This document shows, piece after piece, positions 1-13,155 of a DNA stretch of 64,000 bases. The position numbers were made by a program, and so were the translations under genes. Positions within the stretch are counted from its first letter, which is position 1. Every line of letters begins with the position of its first letter. The stretch covers positions 1 through 64,000 of the forward strand of contig CAXHJY010000372.1 in the NCBI GenBank assembly GCA_964016885.1. The letters are read 5' to 3'. Under the pieces are notes generated by a model, which was given only the letters and a program-made list of their open reading frames with translations, did no database searches and was not told the DNA's origin. Source of the stretch: Eledone cirrhosa (taxonomy: Eukaryota).

Positions 1-68
1 GTTTTCTAACGTCCACACATTTTTTTATATACAGTATATATATATATATATACACACACATATATATA

Positions 69-166
69 CAGGGTGTCCCAAAAATGTATACAAAATTTGA
101 TTACCTGTAAAGGCAATATTTATTAGAATGCTGTTGAAGAATGTATACATCTTTTGAGACACCCTG
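69..166. mobile_element. Tc1/mariner-type MITE (~98 bp)
   Basis: Terminal inverted repeats CAGGGTGTCCCAAAA / TTTTGAGACACCCTG flanked by TA on both sides; related copies at 53681, 58794 and ~59925. Confidence 0.8.
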
Positions 167-191
167 TATATATACGATATATAGTGTGTGC

Positions 192-251
<60 letters not shown>

Positions 252-1844
252 TTTTCTTCTCTAATTTCCCGAAATGTCGCACACTCCGAAACATGAGTCA
301 ATTTCCTGAAACGCCATTTCAAACAGTGAAATAACTATATACATACATATATATATACATACATATATATATACATACATATATATAACATATATATATA
401 CATACATATATATACATATATATATACACACACACACATAGATATATACACACACACACATATATACACACACATATATACACACACACACACATATATA
501 TATATATGACTAAATGAACATCATAACAACAACAAGACAACAAGACACACAAAAACAAGGCTACGAAGAAATTGAGGAAAATATGTTTTAGTTTGTAAGA
601 TATGTTGGCTAAGATGACAACGGTTAGCCGTCCATCATTCTGACAGCGAACACTTGGTATCCTCTCATCCAGGACAAGCCCTGAATAATGTTCCTCATTG
701 TTACCTTGTTGAGCGACATCGGAAATAAGAAAAATATCAGAAAAAATACACAGAGACACACAGACAGATACACAGAGGCACAGACAGACCCATACAGGTA
801 CATACAGACATACATACACAGACACACAAACACACACAATCCATAAAGAAATCACATAGACACACACACAAAAAACTCGATTAAAACACAAAAATAAAAT
901 AAAAATACAGACGCAGAGACAGAAAACCCCATAAAAAATTAAAAACACAAAGTAAAAACACACACACACACACAAAATAAACAACTACACAGAAAACACA
1001 CACACACACACTACCCGATAAAACATAAAAACATTTCCCTTCAAATGAAAAAAACTCTCTCCACGAAGATTTCCTCTTCATGGACAGATTTACCTTCAAA
1101 AGAAGTCTGAAGATGTTTAATTTCCTGGATCATCTTTGATCCGTCATTTTACACGGAATGTGAGAGTTGATACAGTGTATCAAATCTCACATTCCGAGTA
1201 TCAATTCTTACACTCCGAGTATCAACTCTCACACTTCCATGACATACACCATCACCACCATCACACCCACCACTACCACATACACCACCACCAAACCACC
1301 ACACCACTACCACTACCATACCACCACCACCATCAGTTCTAACATACTACACCACCACCACCTCCACACACCACCACCAAAACCACCACCACCACCACCA
1401 CCACCACATCATGTCAAACTAATAACATTACTGTAAGTATTCTGAACGTTAAAAGACTTTCCCCCGACTTTTTTCAATTTGTTTTCAGTTCACAAGTTCA
1501 AAAGTTTAAATACAACCTGGAAATATCTTGTTTTTTCCATCAACGCAGTTGAGTCCTTAACGACACGACAAACATACCCCTATTTTTTTTCTATTTCTAA
1601 AAGGTTTATATACATATGTATATATATGTATATATATATGTGTGTATATATGTATATATGTATATATATGTATATATGTATATATATATGTATATATATA
1701 TGTATATATATATGTCTATATGTATATATATGTATATATATGTGTATATATATATACTGTATACATATGTCTATATATATATATACATATATATGTAAAA
1801 CTCATATTTGTACTGCCTCTCTGTTTTTGTTGCTGTCTAAGATT

Positions 1845-1935
<91 letters not shown>

Positions 1936-2009
1936 ATATGTGTGTATATATATATGTATATATATATAATGTATATATATATATGTGTATATAGATATGT
2001 ATGTATATG

Positions 2010-2040
<31 letters not shown>

Positions 2041-2146
2041 GTACATATATATATATATATATGTGTATATATATATATGTATATATATATAATGTGTATA
2101 TAGATATGTATATATATATGTATATATATATGTGTATATAGATATG

Positions 2147-2177
<31 letters not shown>

Positions 2178-2620
2178 GTGTATATAGATATGTATATATA
2201 TGTATACATATATATGTGTGTATATATATATATATGTATATATATATTTGTGTGTGTGTATATATATGTCAATGTAAGGGTTGTTAAGGGAAGCAGCTTG
2301 TTAGTGCAAAACTAAATTGTTTTGTCTTGTTTTGGTTTGGTTTTTTTTTTTGTTCTGTTTTGTCTTCTTTCTTACTTCACTGGACATCGGTTTGGCTTGT
2401 GTCAGACCCTGTGACCCCGGGTAAGTCAGCTGTACTGTTGGTAAGGGTTGAAACTGCTGCAAGTCCATCTCGATGGTTAAAGACCTTCGAGTTCTGTCTT
2501 TCGTTTGTATTTTTATTTTCCAGAAATTTTTTTTAAGGTTTCTCCTTCGAATTTATTTTTTCGTTTGCCTTGTTGTCGTTCGTTGTTTTTTCTTTCTAAT
2601 TTTTCCTAAATTTATATATA

Positions 2621-2657
<37 letters not shown>

Positions 2658-3140
2658 ACGTGTGTGTATGTACGTGTGTGTGTGTGTACGTGCGTGTGTG
2701 TGTGTGTGTGTGCGTAAGAGATGAATTCTTTTGTAAAAGGAGGAATTAGACAGAGTTCAACCCCCTGAGTCTACTTCCGGCATAAGCTAATATTTTCGGA
2801 CCATACCAGATGTAAACTCGTGTAAATATTAAGGTAGGTTTATTTATTAATTCTCACTAAATTTTCTAATCTATTTTTTGTTAAATAACTTGTTTTCCTT
2901 CACAATATTCTGGCAGGAGTTACGACCGATAGATTAAAAATATTGCTTGTTTTTCATTCGATATATAAAAGGAAAGAAAATACTACTAAATTACATTTGT
3001 TTTAATTATTCAAGCTATTGTTTATATACTCGACATTTAGAAGCTATTATTGGCCTGATACCTTCTTGTAGGTATTCACAGGTCCAAATAATTGGTGGGG
3101 AGGGTTATTTTTTTTGTGGGGGGGGGGGGGGGGGAATCGA

Positions 3141-3369
3141 TAATTTTGGTTTCTGATTGTTGGCACAAGGCCAACAATTTTGGGGGATGGGAAAGTCGAT
3201 TAAATCGACCCCAGTGCATGACAGGTACTTTATTTTATCGACCTCCTCGTAAGGATGAAGAAAGGCAAAGTTAACCTCGGCGGGATTTGAACTCAGAACT
3301 TAAAGTGACGTAACTCTATGCCACAAAGGATTTTGTCGGACACTCTACCGATTCTGCCAATCCATGGCC
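3141..3369 (-). mobile_element. tRNA-derived SINE, type 1 (octopus-like)
   Basis: Minus strand reads TTGGCAGAATCGGTAGA (A-box-like), GAGTTCAAATCCC (B box), central GAGGTTAACTTTGCCT...GTCGATAAAATAAAGTACC and tail GGCCTTGTGCCAA; more than 10 copies in the window. Confidence 0.85.
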
Positions 3370-3582
3370 CTTGAAATAATAAATAAACATCGGTGATTCT
3401 TTCAATCTAAGATATGGTTATTTACATGTTAACTTAAATTCGGAAATTAAGAGGAAGACGAAATGGCGAAAGAAGGAGATAAAGTTTCTTAGAATCGTAA
3501 AAATTCCTTCTATTCCAATTTATAGAAGCTCTTTGCTATATTGGCAATTAAATATCAAGTGTATATATTTATCTCTCTCTCG

Positions 3583-3654
<72 letters not shown>

Positions 3655-3663
3655 ATCTGTGTG

Positions 3664-3722
<59 letters not shown>

Positions 3723-3795
3723 ATCTGTGTGTCTGTGTATATATATATATATATATATAGTGTGTGTGTGTGTGATGTGTGTGTGTATCTGTGTG

Positions 3796-3904
<109 letters not shown>

Positions 3905-4319
3905 CTTTATCTGTTATAGTGACCTAAAATTGATCTAAGTGGTCAGAGTCTCGTTTTGGTTTTTAGTTTTAAATTTAAATTGGAAAACGCTGGAATATAT
4001 TTAACTGTGAACACTAGATGTCGCTTATTCTTTAAAGAAATGTCTGTGGCACTGGTGAATCACAGAAGAATTTTTGTGGAAGTTTCACCAAACATGGAAC
4101 TTGATATGTTTATTTATTTAGTAAATTAAATTAGTTTCGCTAGTTTTATTTCAGGCCTAAATATAAATTGGTTAAACATATATAAAAAAAAAAAGAGAAA
4201 GCGGTATTGGAAAGTACTATAAATGCCAGAAATGAGAGGAAAAAGGAAGGAGGAAGTAAGGATTGTTAGGCAAAGAAAGAAAGAAAGGGAGAAGGGGATA
4301 GGGTGGCAGACTCTATACT

Positions 4320-4436
4320 TAGGATAGAGCGGTGTTTCGGCTCGTGAGAGTACAGGACTTCCACCGGGACAGGACACCAGTCCATCATAGCGTTAATTTC
4401 ACAGTTTTTGTTGGTATTCATTTTCAGCAGAGTATA
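4320..4436 (-). mobile_element. SINE type 2, 3' fragment
   Basis: Reverse complement matches 49070-49190 (TATACTCTGCTGAAAAT...GATGGACTGG). Confidence 0.55.
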
Positions 4437-4461
4437 TAGGTTTATATATATATATATAGGT

Positions 4462-4499
<38 letters not shown>

Positions 4500-4690
4500 A
4501 AAAGAGTCAGGACCCCGACGGCTGAGCTCCGGCTGTTTCGACAGCTAGATCAGTTCGGATCTAGCTGTCGAAACGACCGGAGCTCAGCCGTCGGGGGGGT
4601 CCTGACTCTTTTATTACCCACTCTACTCTAAGTATCGAGTACTCTGGTGCGTTATGGTCCACCTGGTATCTTAGCACACTTTCTTTGTTA
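4500..4690 (+). mobile_element. Family A hairpin element (putative non-autonomous PLE end)
   Basis: About 50-bp inverted repeat at 4500-4612, then a conserved body (CTCTAC...AGTATCGAGTACTCTGGTGCGTTATGGTCCAC), between microsatellites; copies at 9331, 29570, 42250, 60535. Confidence 0.7.
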
Positions 4691-4875
4691 TATATATATA
4701 TATATAAATATAATAATAATAATAGAAGGACGAATAGTTACTCCTTCATTGCGTTTATTGGTTGGTGACACGCGTTCGCTACTGATCAGCTCAAGGTTCG
4801 ATCTGTATCGATCTGGCCAGACTCTGTAATCAAATGCTCGTCGGACCTACAGTAACTCCGCCTTACACTCCCTGG

Positions 4876-4908
<33 letters not shown>

Positions 4909-5050
4909 TAACAGATTAAACGTTAATCTGTTATTTTTAATAAATATTTGCTCTACGGTTCTTATATATTTTATATATATTTATCCTTATCGAGCCCTCT
5001 TTGGATTTTAGTCTTCACGTTTATTATTATTACTATATATATATTATATA

Positions 5051-5186
<136 letters not shown>

Positions 5187-5319
5187 TGGGGGGTAGAATT
5201 CTGCTGTACTCTAGCCTGGAGAGGGATGGGTTCCACCAGGTTTTCAAAAATTTCCTAAGAAACACCCTATGGCCTTATGACAGTGCGGCACCCCTACAAC
5301 TCAATCAGAATTTACAGAA

Positions 5320-5955
5320 CCATACCGTACCATATACACCATACCATATACACCATACCATATATACACCATACCATATACACCATACCATATATACCAT
5401 ACCATACCATGTATACCATACCATACCATATACACCATACCATACCATATATACCATACCATATACACCATACCATACATACCATACCATATACACCATA
5501 CATACCATACCATATACACCATACCATATACACCATACCATATACACCATACCATATACACCATACCATATACACCATACCATATATACCATACCATACC
5601 ATGTATACCATACCATACCATATACACCATACCATATATACCATACCATATACACCATACCATACCATACCATATACACCATACCATACCATATATACCA
5701 TACCATATACACCATACCATACCACATACACCATACCATATACACCATACCATACCATATACACCATACCATACCATATATACCATACCATACCATATAT
5801 ACCATACCATACCATATACACCATACCATATACACCATACCATACCATACCATATACACCATACCATACCATATACACCATACCATACCATATACACCAT
5901 GCCATACCATACCATATACACCATACCATACCATATACACCATACCATATACACC
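5320..5955. repeat. (CCATA/CCATATACA)n compound microsatellite
   Basis: Directly visible; explains the YHTIP-type ORFs. Confidence 0.95.
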
Positions 5956-5971
5956 AGACGTCAAATACTGT

Positions 5972-6083
5972 TATGACACATCACTATCGTCCTATGACAC
6001 ATCACATCCGTCCTATGACACGTCACATCCATCCTATGACACGTCACATCCATCCTATGACACGTCACATTCGTCCTATGACA
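5972..6083. repeat. 21-bp minisatellite, ~5 copies
   Basis: Unit TATGACACGTCACATCCATCC. Confidence 0.9.
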
Positions 6084-6619
6084 TGCTCTATCGCCTTTAC
6101 GAATTATTACTTTCGATATTTTAATATTAAGACGAAACTCTAATATGAGGAAACTTGATATTTTACCAGGTTCCAACTCGTTAAATAAGATATTTGCCAA
6201 AACATTTCATCTGGTCGGTTCATTGCTAAGATTTATCCATTGCCATCAATTATAATGACAGGACTTACTACTACTACTACTAATACTACTACTGCTGCTG
6301 CTGCTATTACTACTACTACTGCTACTACTGCTGTTGCTGCTGCTACTACTGGTATTAGTACTCCTACTACACACACTAATATATATACCGATTGAGCACT
6401 GTTTTCTCTATATATACTGTATATATATATATATATATACGTATATCCGGCTGAGGCCATGCTGGGGTATGTGAGTGTGTGTGTGTGTATATATATATGT
6501 TATTTATATGAGTAACTAGTTACTGGCGGCGTCACTGGTTGAAGCACTCGACGCTTTACGGGGTCTCTCTCTCTCACTGGTTGTGCTCCAGGTTTAAGGC
6601 GGCTGTAGTTTACAGAGTG

Positions 6620-6687
<68 letters not shown>

Positions 6688-6694
6688 ATATATA

Positions 6695-7075
6695 AATTTA
6701 GCGAGAATCGCATTTCGGCGGGTAGAAATTAGCGAAACGCAACTTCCATATTGTACTGACAAACGCTCCGTGGATATGAAGAAGATACCAGAGCTATAAA
6801 CATAAGTTAAAATGGTCATACACGCTGAGACGATGGTTAAGAAGCCATTAACCACCATAGCCAAAAAAGCGAACAAGCTAAACGGGTCAAACAAAATGAG
6901 ATATGATTTAAAATATTTACCCGGACCCTCGGGGAAGATGGAATACTCCGAAATTGGGTTTCTGCAACGCCTAAATCAATAATACTGTCTGCTTATAAAA
7001 AATAAGCTTTTGGTATAATGATCGAACAAGACATCACTTTCTCAACGGATTTCTGTTCTTCTTTCGCCAGAATCT
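6695..7075. repeat. Unclassified interspersed repeat, copy 1
   Basis: Colinear diverged copy at 25450-25800; both begin AATT(T/C)AGCGAGAATCGCATTTCGGCGGGTA right after TA-rich repeats. Confidence 0.75.
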
Positions 7076-7249
7076 CGCAGGTTATGAAAGCACATGTGAG
7101 AATCCAAGGGGAGAAAACCCCTATTTTGGCCAGTGAATTTAGCATGTGTAGTTATTGCAAAAATTTGCAATAACCGCACAAAACGAATTAACCTCTCTAC
7201 CGAGTTGTTTTTAAAATAAACTTAAGCGATTAATCAGTCAATAGAATAA

Positions 7250-7300
<51 letters not shown>

Positions 7301-7322
7301 CGGCGATGAATTAGTTTTGCGA

Positions 7323-7396
7323 GGTTGGTTTTCGCTTTTCGCTTCTGTGTCTTTTATATCGTTAAAAGACACAGAAGCGAAAAGCGAAAACCAACC
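7323..7396. repeat. Perfect 34-bp inverted repeat with 6-nt loop
   Basis: GGTTGGTTTTCGCTTTTCGCTTCTGTGTCTTTTA-TATCGT-exact reverse complement; downstream body matches 54620-54725 (minus). Confidence 0.95.
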
Positions 7397-7466
7397 AAAC
7401 AGTGAGTGTGTTCTGTTATTAATTCTGGCAATATTACACAAATATGACCCCTCCCCAAGTATAACA

Positions 7467-7499
<33 letters not shown>

Positions 7500-7790
7500 A
7501 TATACAGAGAGAGGGAAAGAGAGAATAAAATAGTGTTTCAGAACGAGGGTGAGAGACGGGGAGAAATGTTTATGTCTCCCCCCCCCCCCCCCCCTCTACT
7601 ATTAAACAATGAACGATATTATCTCGACTTGCTGATACATGAATAATTGAACTTTAACCGGAATCTTCTTGAGTTGAGATGAAAGCTGACGTCACAGACT
7701 GTCGTACCCTCGTGATCGTACGACGTGTGCCAAGCTCAGATCTTATCAGCAACGCTGCATTCTCAATTCATATCCAGTCCAATATAAAGT

Positions 7791-8150
7791 TAGTGAGACC
7801 GTCATGTTTAAGGTTACTTTATTAGGACTCTACCCATTATAGAATTATTCTAGTGAAGTCTCTTCTTGTTTTAGATGACTTTACTAGGACAACGAAGCTA
7901 GTGAAACCTTCATGATTTAGGTTTTTTTACTAGGACTCTACCCTTACAGAACAGTGCTAGTGAAACCTTCTTATTTTAGATTGCCTTACTAGGACTTTAC
8001 CCCTAACAGAACCAAGCTAGTGAAACCGTCATGTTTTAGTTTACTTTACTAGGACTCTACCTCTAACAGAACAATGTTAGTGAAGCCTTCTTATTTTAGA
8101 TTGCCTTACTAGGACTCTACCCTTAGGGAATGATGCTCGTGAAACCTTCA
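7791..8150. repeat. ~60-bp minisatellite, ~6 diverged copies
   Basis: Recurrent TAGTGAAACC...TTACTAGGACTCTACCC. Confidence 0.85.
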
Positions 8151-8195
8151 ACATTACATTTTCACAATTTTCGGTGTAGCACCACTTATCCGAAC

Positions 8196-8485
8196 ACAAT
8201 AACCGAAAGAATACGATCGCGAATACAAGTGGCCGAGATGGGATTCCTCTGAAGGGTCTTTGGTGTAACGTTACTTGATATTATGGCCATGTGGTTAGAA
8301 TGTCACTGGACAGATTTGTAGCACGGAGATCAGAGAGTCGCTCCAGGTAGAGCTGCTACTTCTCCAAATTGAGAGATCCCAGCTCTGATACTATGGACAT
8401 GTGCAAGAATTGCTGGACAGATTTTACAGGCAAAAGCAACCGGCAGGAAACCCAGGGGTAGACTCCAAGCAAGATGCTTGGGATG
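8196..8485 (+). mobile_element. RTE-clade LINE, decayed ORF C-terminus
   Basis: Translates, with stops and shifts, to TERIRSRIQVAEMGFL*RVFGVTLLD...EIRESLQVELLLLQIERSQL*YYGHV...GRKPRGR, matching the RTE post-RT motifs AEMxFLR, QLRWxGHV and GxRPRGRP. Confidence 0.8.
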
Positions 8486-8659
8486 CAGTTCTTGACGCAT
8501 TTTAAGTCTTCTCCAACGTTTTCTGCAACTCTAGCATGTCTTACGAGGATCGCATCTGTCTTGGGTGCAGATGTAAGATATGTATTACTCTAGTTCGTGT
8601 TGCTTGAATAAGATATGCCGAGGCCATGCTGGGGTACAGCTATTGATGCTGTTTTGCTC

Positions 8660-9035
8660 AAAGTCTACCCGCTGGGTGGTCTCCTCCTGGTTGGTTGGTT
8701 TTTGCCCGTAAGATGTGTCCAGAGATTCTGTCCTGAGCTGAGACATTATAACCACATGTCCATAGTATTGAAGCTGGTATATATCAGAGCTTGTATCTCT
8801 CAATTCGGAGAAGTAGTAGCTCTACCTAGAGTGACTCTCTGATCTCTGAGCTACAAATCTGCCCGGAGATTCTGTCCTGAGACATTCTAACCACAGGTCC
8901 ATAATACTGGAGCTGGTATCTCTCAATTCAGAGAAGTAGCAGCTCTACCTGGAGTGACTCCAGTGATTCTATCCTGAGACATTCTAATCACATATCCCCA
9001 TAGTATCGGAGCTGTGATCTCTCAATTCGGATCCT
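8660..9035 (-). mobile_element. RTE-clade LINE fragments, tandemly reiterated
   Basis: Minus strand gives QLQYYGHVVIMSQ and IERSQLRYYGDM; same family as 8196-8485. Confidence 0.8.
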
Positions 9036-9192
9036 CAGCTTTAACTGTTGAAATGGTGAACTAACTGTTGTGTTTCTACTTCTACCAAACTCATCCCATG
9101 GACTGAGTGCTCTACTACTACGGATATTACCTTCCAGTGTTCTACTATTATATACATACATACATACATACATACATACATACATACATACA

Positions 9193-9229
<37 letters not shown>

Positions 9230-9288
9230 ATCAGGATGGATTCAGTTAGAAACTGGTTAGACCATTACTCACCAGAATACTCGATACT

Positions 9289-9330
<42 letters not shown>

Positions 9331-9332
<2 letters not shown>

Positions 9333-9537
9333 CGAAGGAAATGTGGTAAGGAACCAGGTGGACCATAACGCACCAAAGTACTCAATACTTGGGGTAGTAG
9401 AGTGGGTAATAGGAACCAGTAAGACCCCGACGGCTGAGCTCAAGCCGTTTCGACGGCTAATTCCCGACGGCTAATTCCCTAATTCCAGAATTAGCCGTCG
9501 AAACGGCTTGAGCTCAGCCGTCGGGGTCTTACTGGTT

Positions 9538-9542
<5 letters not shown>
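9331..9542 (-). mobile_element. Family A hairpin element
   Basis: Body in reverse orientation plus perfect 55-bp arms at 9409-9463 and 9488-9542; (TA)n on both sides. Confidence 0.75.
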
Positions 9543-9599
<57 letters not shown>

Positions 9600-10164
9600 G
9601 AGTATATGTGTGGTATGTATATACATATGTTCATGTGTTCATGTACTTGTCATCAGGAATATATGATAACATTGATCAAACGTTCCCCTTTGTACTGTTG
9701 GATAATTAAGACGAATGATTTTAACGTCCTTTGTTATCGTTCGTGAGAAACTACGAGAAAAATTGTCAAAATATTTACCGGAAATGAGAGTATCATTAAC
9801 AGATTAAAACCTCTGTACTTAATGACCCTAGCAGAGGTTATGCTTCGTGTCACGTGGTACAAGGATTTGCCGCCATCGTTACATATAAAACAAATAACTA
9901 ATATTTAATTTCGTTCAGTTTTAAGCACAGAATTGTTGTTTTTTTCATGTTAGATTCTATAAAAATATTATTATATTAAAATCATTTCATTATTAACTAT
10001 TTAGCTTGTTTTTGTTGTTGGTGGTGGTGGTGTTCGTGTTGTTGTTCTTTTCCTTTTTCGTCTTCTTATTTTCTTTTTCTTTGCCTTCTTCTTCTTCTTC
10101 TTCTTCTTCTTCTTCTTCTTCTTCTTCTTCTTTGCCTTCTTCTTCGCCCACTTATTCCCGAGAG

Positions 10165-10650
10165 CGTTTTGGTGAGAGCAGAATCCTCAAACACTCCCTC
10201 TAGCGGGTCCTGTCAGAAGCAACCGTCTCCAATTGATCCGGCTGGATCCCTAAACCGAGACCAGCCAAGCTCATGGAAGTTACCCAACCATCTTTGCTCG
10301 GGGTCTACTCCTGGCTATCCTGCTGGTTGGGTTTGCCCATAAAATCTGTCCAGTGATTCTTTCCTGAGACATTCTAACCACATGTCCAGAGTATCAGAGC
10401 TGTGATCTCTCTATTCAGAGAAGTAGCAGCTCTACCTGGAGTGACTCTTTGATCTCTTAGCTACAAATCTGTCCAGAGATTCTTTCCTGAGACATTCTAA
10501 CCACATGTCCATAGTATCAGAGCTGTGATCTCTCTATTCAGAGAAGTAGCAGCTCTACCTGGAGTGACTCTCTGATCTCCGAGCTACAAATCTGACCAGT
10601 GATTCTCTCCTGGGACATTCTAACCACATGTCCATAGTATCGGAGTATCT
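10165..10650 (-). mobile_element. RTE-clade LINE 3' fragment with 123-bp internal tandem repeat
   Basis: LRYYGHVVRMSQERITGQICSSEIRESLQVELLLL; units start at 10350, 10473 and 10596; (GAA)n tail on the minus strand nearby. Confidence 0.8.
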
Positions 10651-10682
10651 TCAGCGAAATCGGAGCGTCAGCATATACATAT

Positions 10683-10838
<156 letters not shown>

Positions 10839-11019
10839 CCACACACGCATATATATACATATATATATATATATAACTTACTCTAGACCCAAAACAAAGA
10901 AACTCTCATTGGTTCTAAGACAAATAAAGAATCCTTTTAGTAAGTGAGGAATATTTCCTATTTTATGTTGTTTTAGTAACAGACATAGGACTGTGATGCT
11001 GTGTAAATAAATATATATG

Positions 11020-11058
<39 letters not shown>

Positions 11059-11150
11059 TATATGTGTGTATGTATATATATTTAATATTATACTAATTTA
11101 TCATTGTATTGTTTTGTTCCCTTAGTTTTTTTTTGTATACACATATATAG

Positions 11151-11229
<79 letters not shown>

Positions 11230-11564
11230 CATACATATAGCTAGATAAATAGACCGTTTAAAGTATAAAGAAATAAGAAAAATGAAGCAACGGCGAACAA
11301 CAAATATATATATATATATACAACAGATATATATATACAACAAATATATATACAAAAAATATATATATATAACAAATATATATATATAACAAATATATAT
11401 ATACAACATTGTTGATATACAATAAGAGAAATGGACGTTTTGCTGGGATAGCTGCTCTCCCCAACAATGGAGACTTAGATTGATGACTTCATTTCCAGTT
11501 TAAAATGGATGGATGTTTAATACAACACTGAGGTAGCTCTCTCTAGCAATTAGGTGTAGGGATC

Positions 11565-11953
11565 GGTAGAGAGAGAGGAGGGGATAGAGAGGAGAGAGAG
11601 GGGTGAGACACAGAGAGAGGGGGGATATTGAGAGATAGTGAGAGAAAGAGAGAGATAGAGATAAAGTGCGAGGGGGAGAGAATGAGAGACAGAGAGATAG
11701 TGAAAGAGGGACAGAGGGAGAGATAGTGAGAGATAGAGTGAGAGAGATAGAGGGAGACAGACAGAGAAAGAGACACAGAGAGAGACAGACAGGCAGAGAG
11801 AGAGACAGAGAAAGAGAGAAAAAGAGCCAGAGAGAGTGAGACACACATACAGAGAGACAAACAGCGAGAGAGAGAGAAAGAGGGAGAGACAGACAGACAG
11901 ACAGAGAGAGAGACAGACAAAGAGAGAGAGAGACAGAAAGAGAGAGAGAGAGA
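11565..11953. repeat. GA-rich low-complexity tract
   Basis: Directly visible. Confidence 0.9.
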
Positions 11954-12165
11954 CCCCTATAAATCTCAGGTTGTCAGGCAATTGTGTCATGCAGTGAAAT
12001 TGTGAAAATGGCGGAGGTTTGTAAAGTTAAAGAGATTTCTGTGTAAAATACAAATCTTAACAAACTTCTATTACCGACAGCCATCAAGTGTTTATGGAAA
12101 ACATGTCCAGTATTTGTTTCTTAAAGTAGTTCTCTCTCTCTCTCTCTCTCTCCCTCTCTCTCTCT

Positions 12166-12208
<43 letters not shown>

Positions 12209-12254
12209 CCTTCCATATACTGTACCGATTGTGTTATTTCTGTTTACCTTTTAT

Positions 12255-12286
<32 letters not shown>

Positions 12287-12310
12287 GTCTATACACACAC
12301 ATATGCATGT

Positions 12311-12385
<75 letters not shown>

Positions 12386-12912
12386 TATATATATATATGT
12401 CTATACACACACATATGTATCTACACACATATATATATACATACACACACACACATATATATATGTGTATATATATATATATATATATGTATGTATATAT
12501 ATGTATATGTATGTAAATACACACCAAGACTTAATTTCTTTTTGTTCCTTACTTATTATTCTTTCCTCTTTGATCTTTTTCCTTGCCTCTAGCCTTAATT
12601 CCTTTCTCCATTCTTCACTTTTTGATAAACGACCAACTTCTGAATCGTTGAAGACGCTCATTAATTCTACAGCGAAACCGTGTTTCTGTTTCCCATCAAT
12701 TTTGCTGAATTTGACGTGGCACAAGGCCAAGAATTTTTGTGGAGAAAGGAAATTCGATTAAATTGACCCAGTACCATTGCTGGTACTTTATTTAAAATAA
12801 AACATAAGCAATTCTCCCAATGTGGGGATACTTTTGAGGGTTATTCGTGTAGAATGCCTACAAAAGGCCACAGCAACATTGTGTCTTCTCACAGATGTTC
12901 TTTTTCAATTGA

Positions 12913-13107
12913 TAATAATTGTTTCTACTTTTGGCACAAGGTCAGCAATTCACCAGTGTATTACTGGTACTTTATTTTATCGGCCCCGTAAGGATGAAAG
13001 GCAAAGTTAACTTCGGCGGGATTTGAACTCAGAATGGCAAGGGCCGTAACTCTTTGCTGCAAAACATGGCGTCTAACCCTCTACTGATACTGCCAATCAA
13101 CCACCCC
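12913..13107 (-). mobile_element. tRNA-derived SINE, type 1
   Basis: Full head-to-tail match to the copy at 3141. Confidence 0.85.

Positions 13108-13155
<48 letters not shown>

Noticed and set aside
2405-2428. miR-10/miR-993-like ACCCTGT
   Set aside because: Only the seed matches and there is no precursor hairpin.
2377-2500. Minus-strand terminal exon (NSKVFNHRDG...TDVQ*)
   Set aside because: Upstream sequence on that strand is A-rich with no polypyrimidine tract.
4047-4068. miR-183/263-like TGGCACTGGTGAATCAC
   Set aside because: It has indels relative to the mature sequence and no star arm.
12648-12688. Hammerhead-like TTGAAGA-CGCT...AGC-GAAAC
   Set aside because: C3 is missing and no helix I pairing is found.
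12401-12730. Charged minus-strand ORF (GFAVELMSVFNDSEVGRLSKSEEWRKE...)
   Set aside because: It starts in a SINE tail, ends in microsatellite, is purine-biased and shows no recognisable domain or splice sites.
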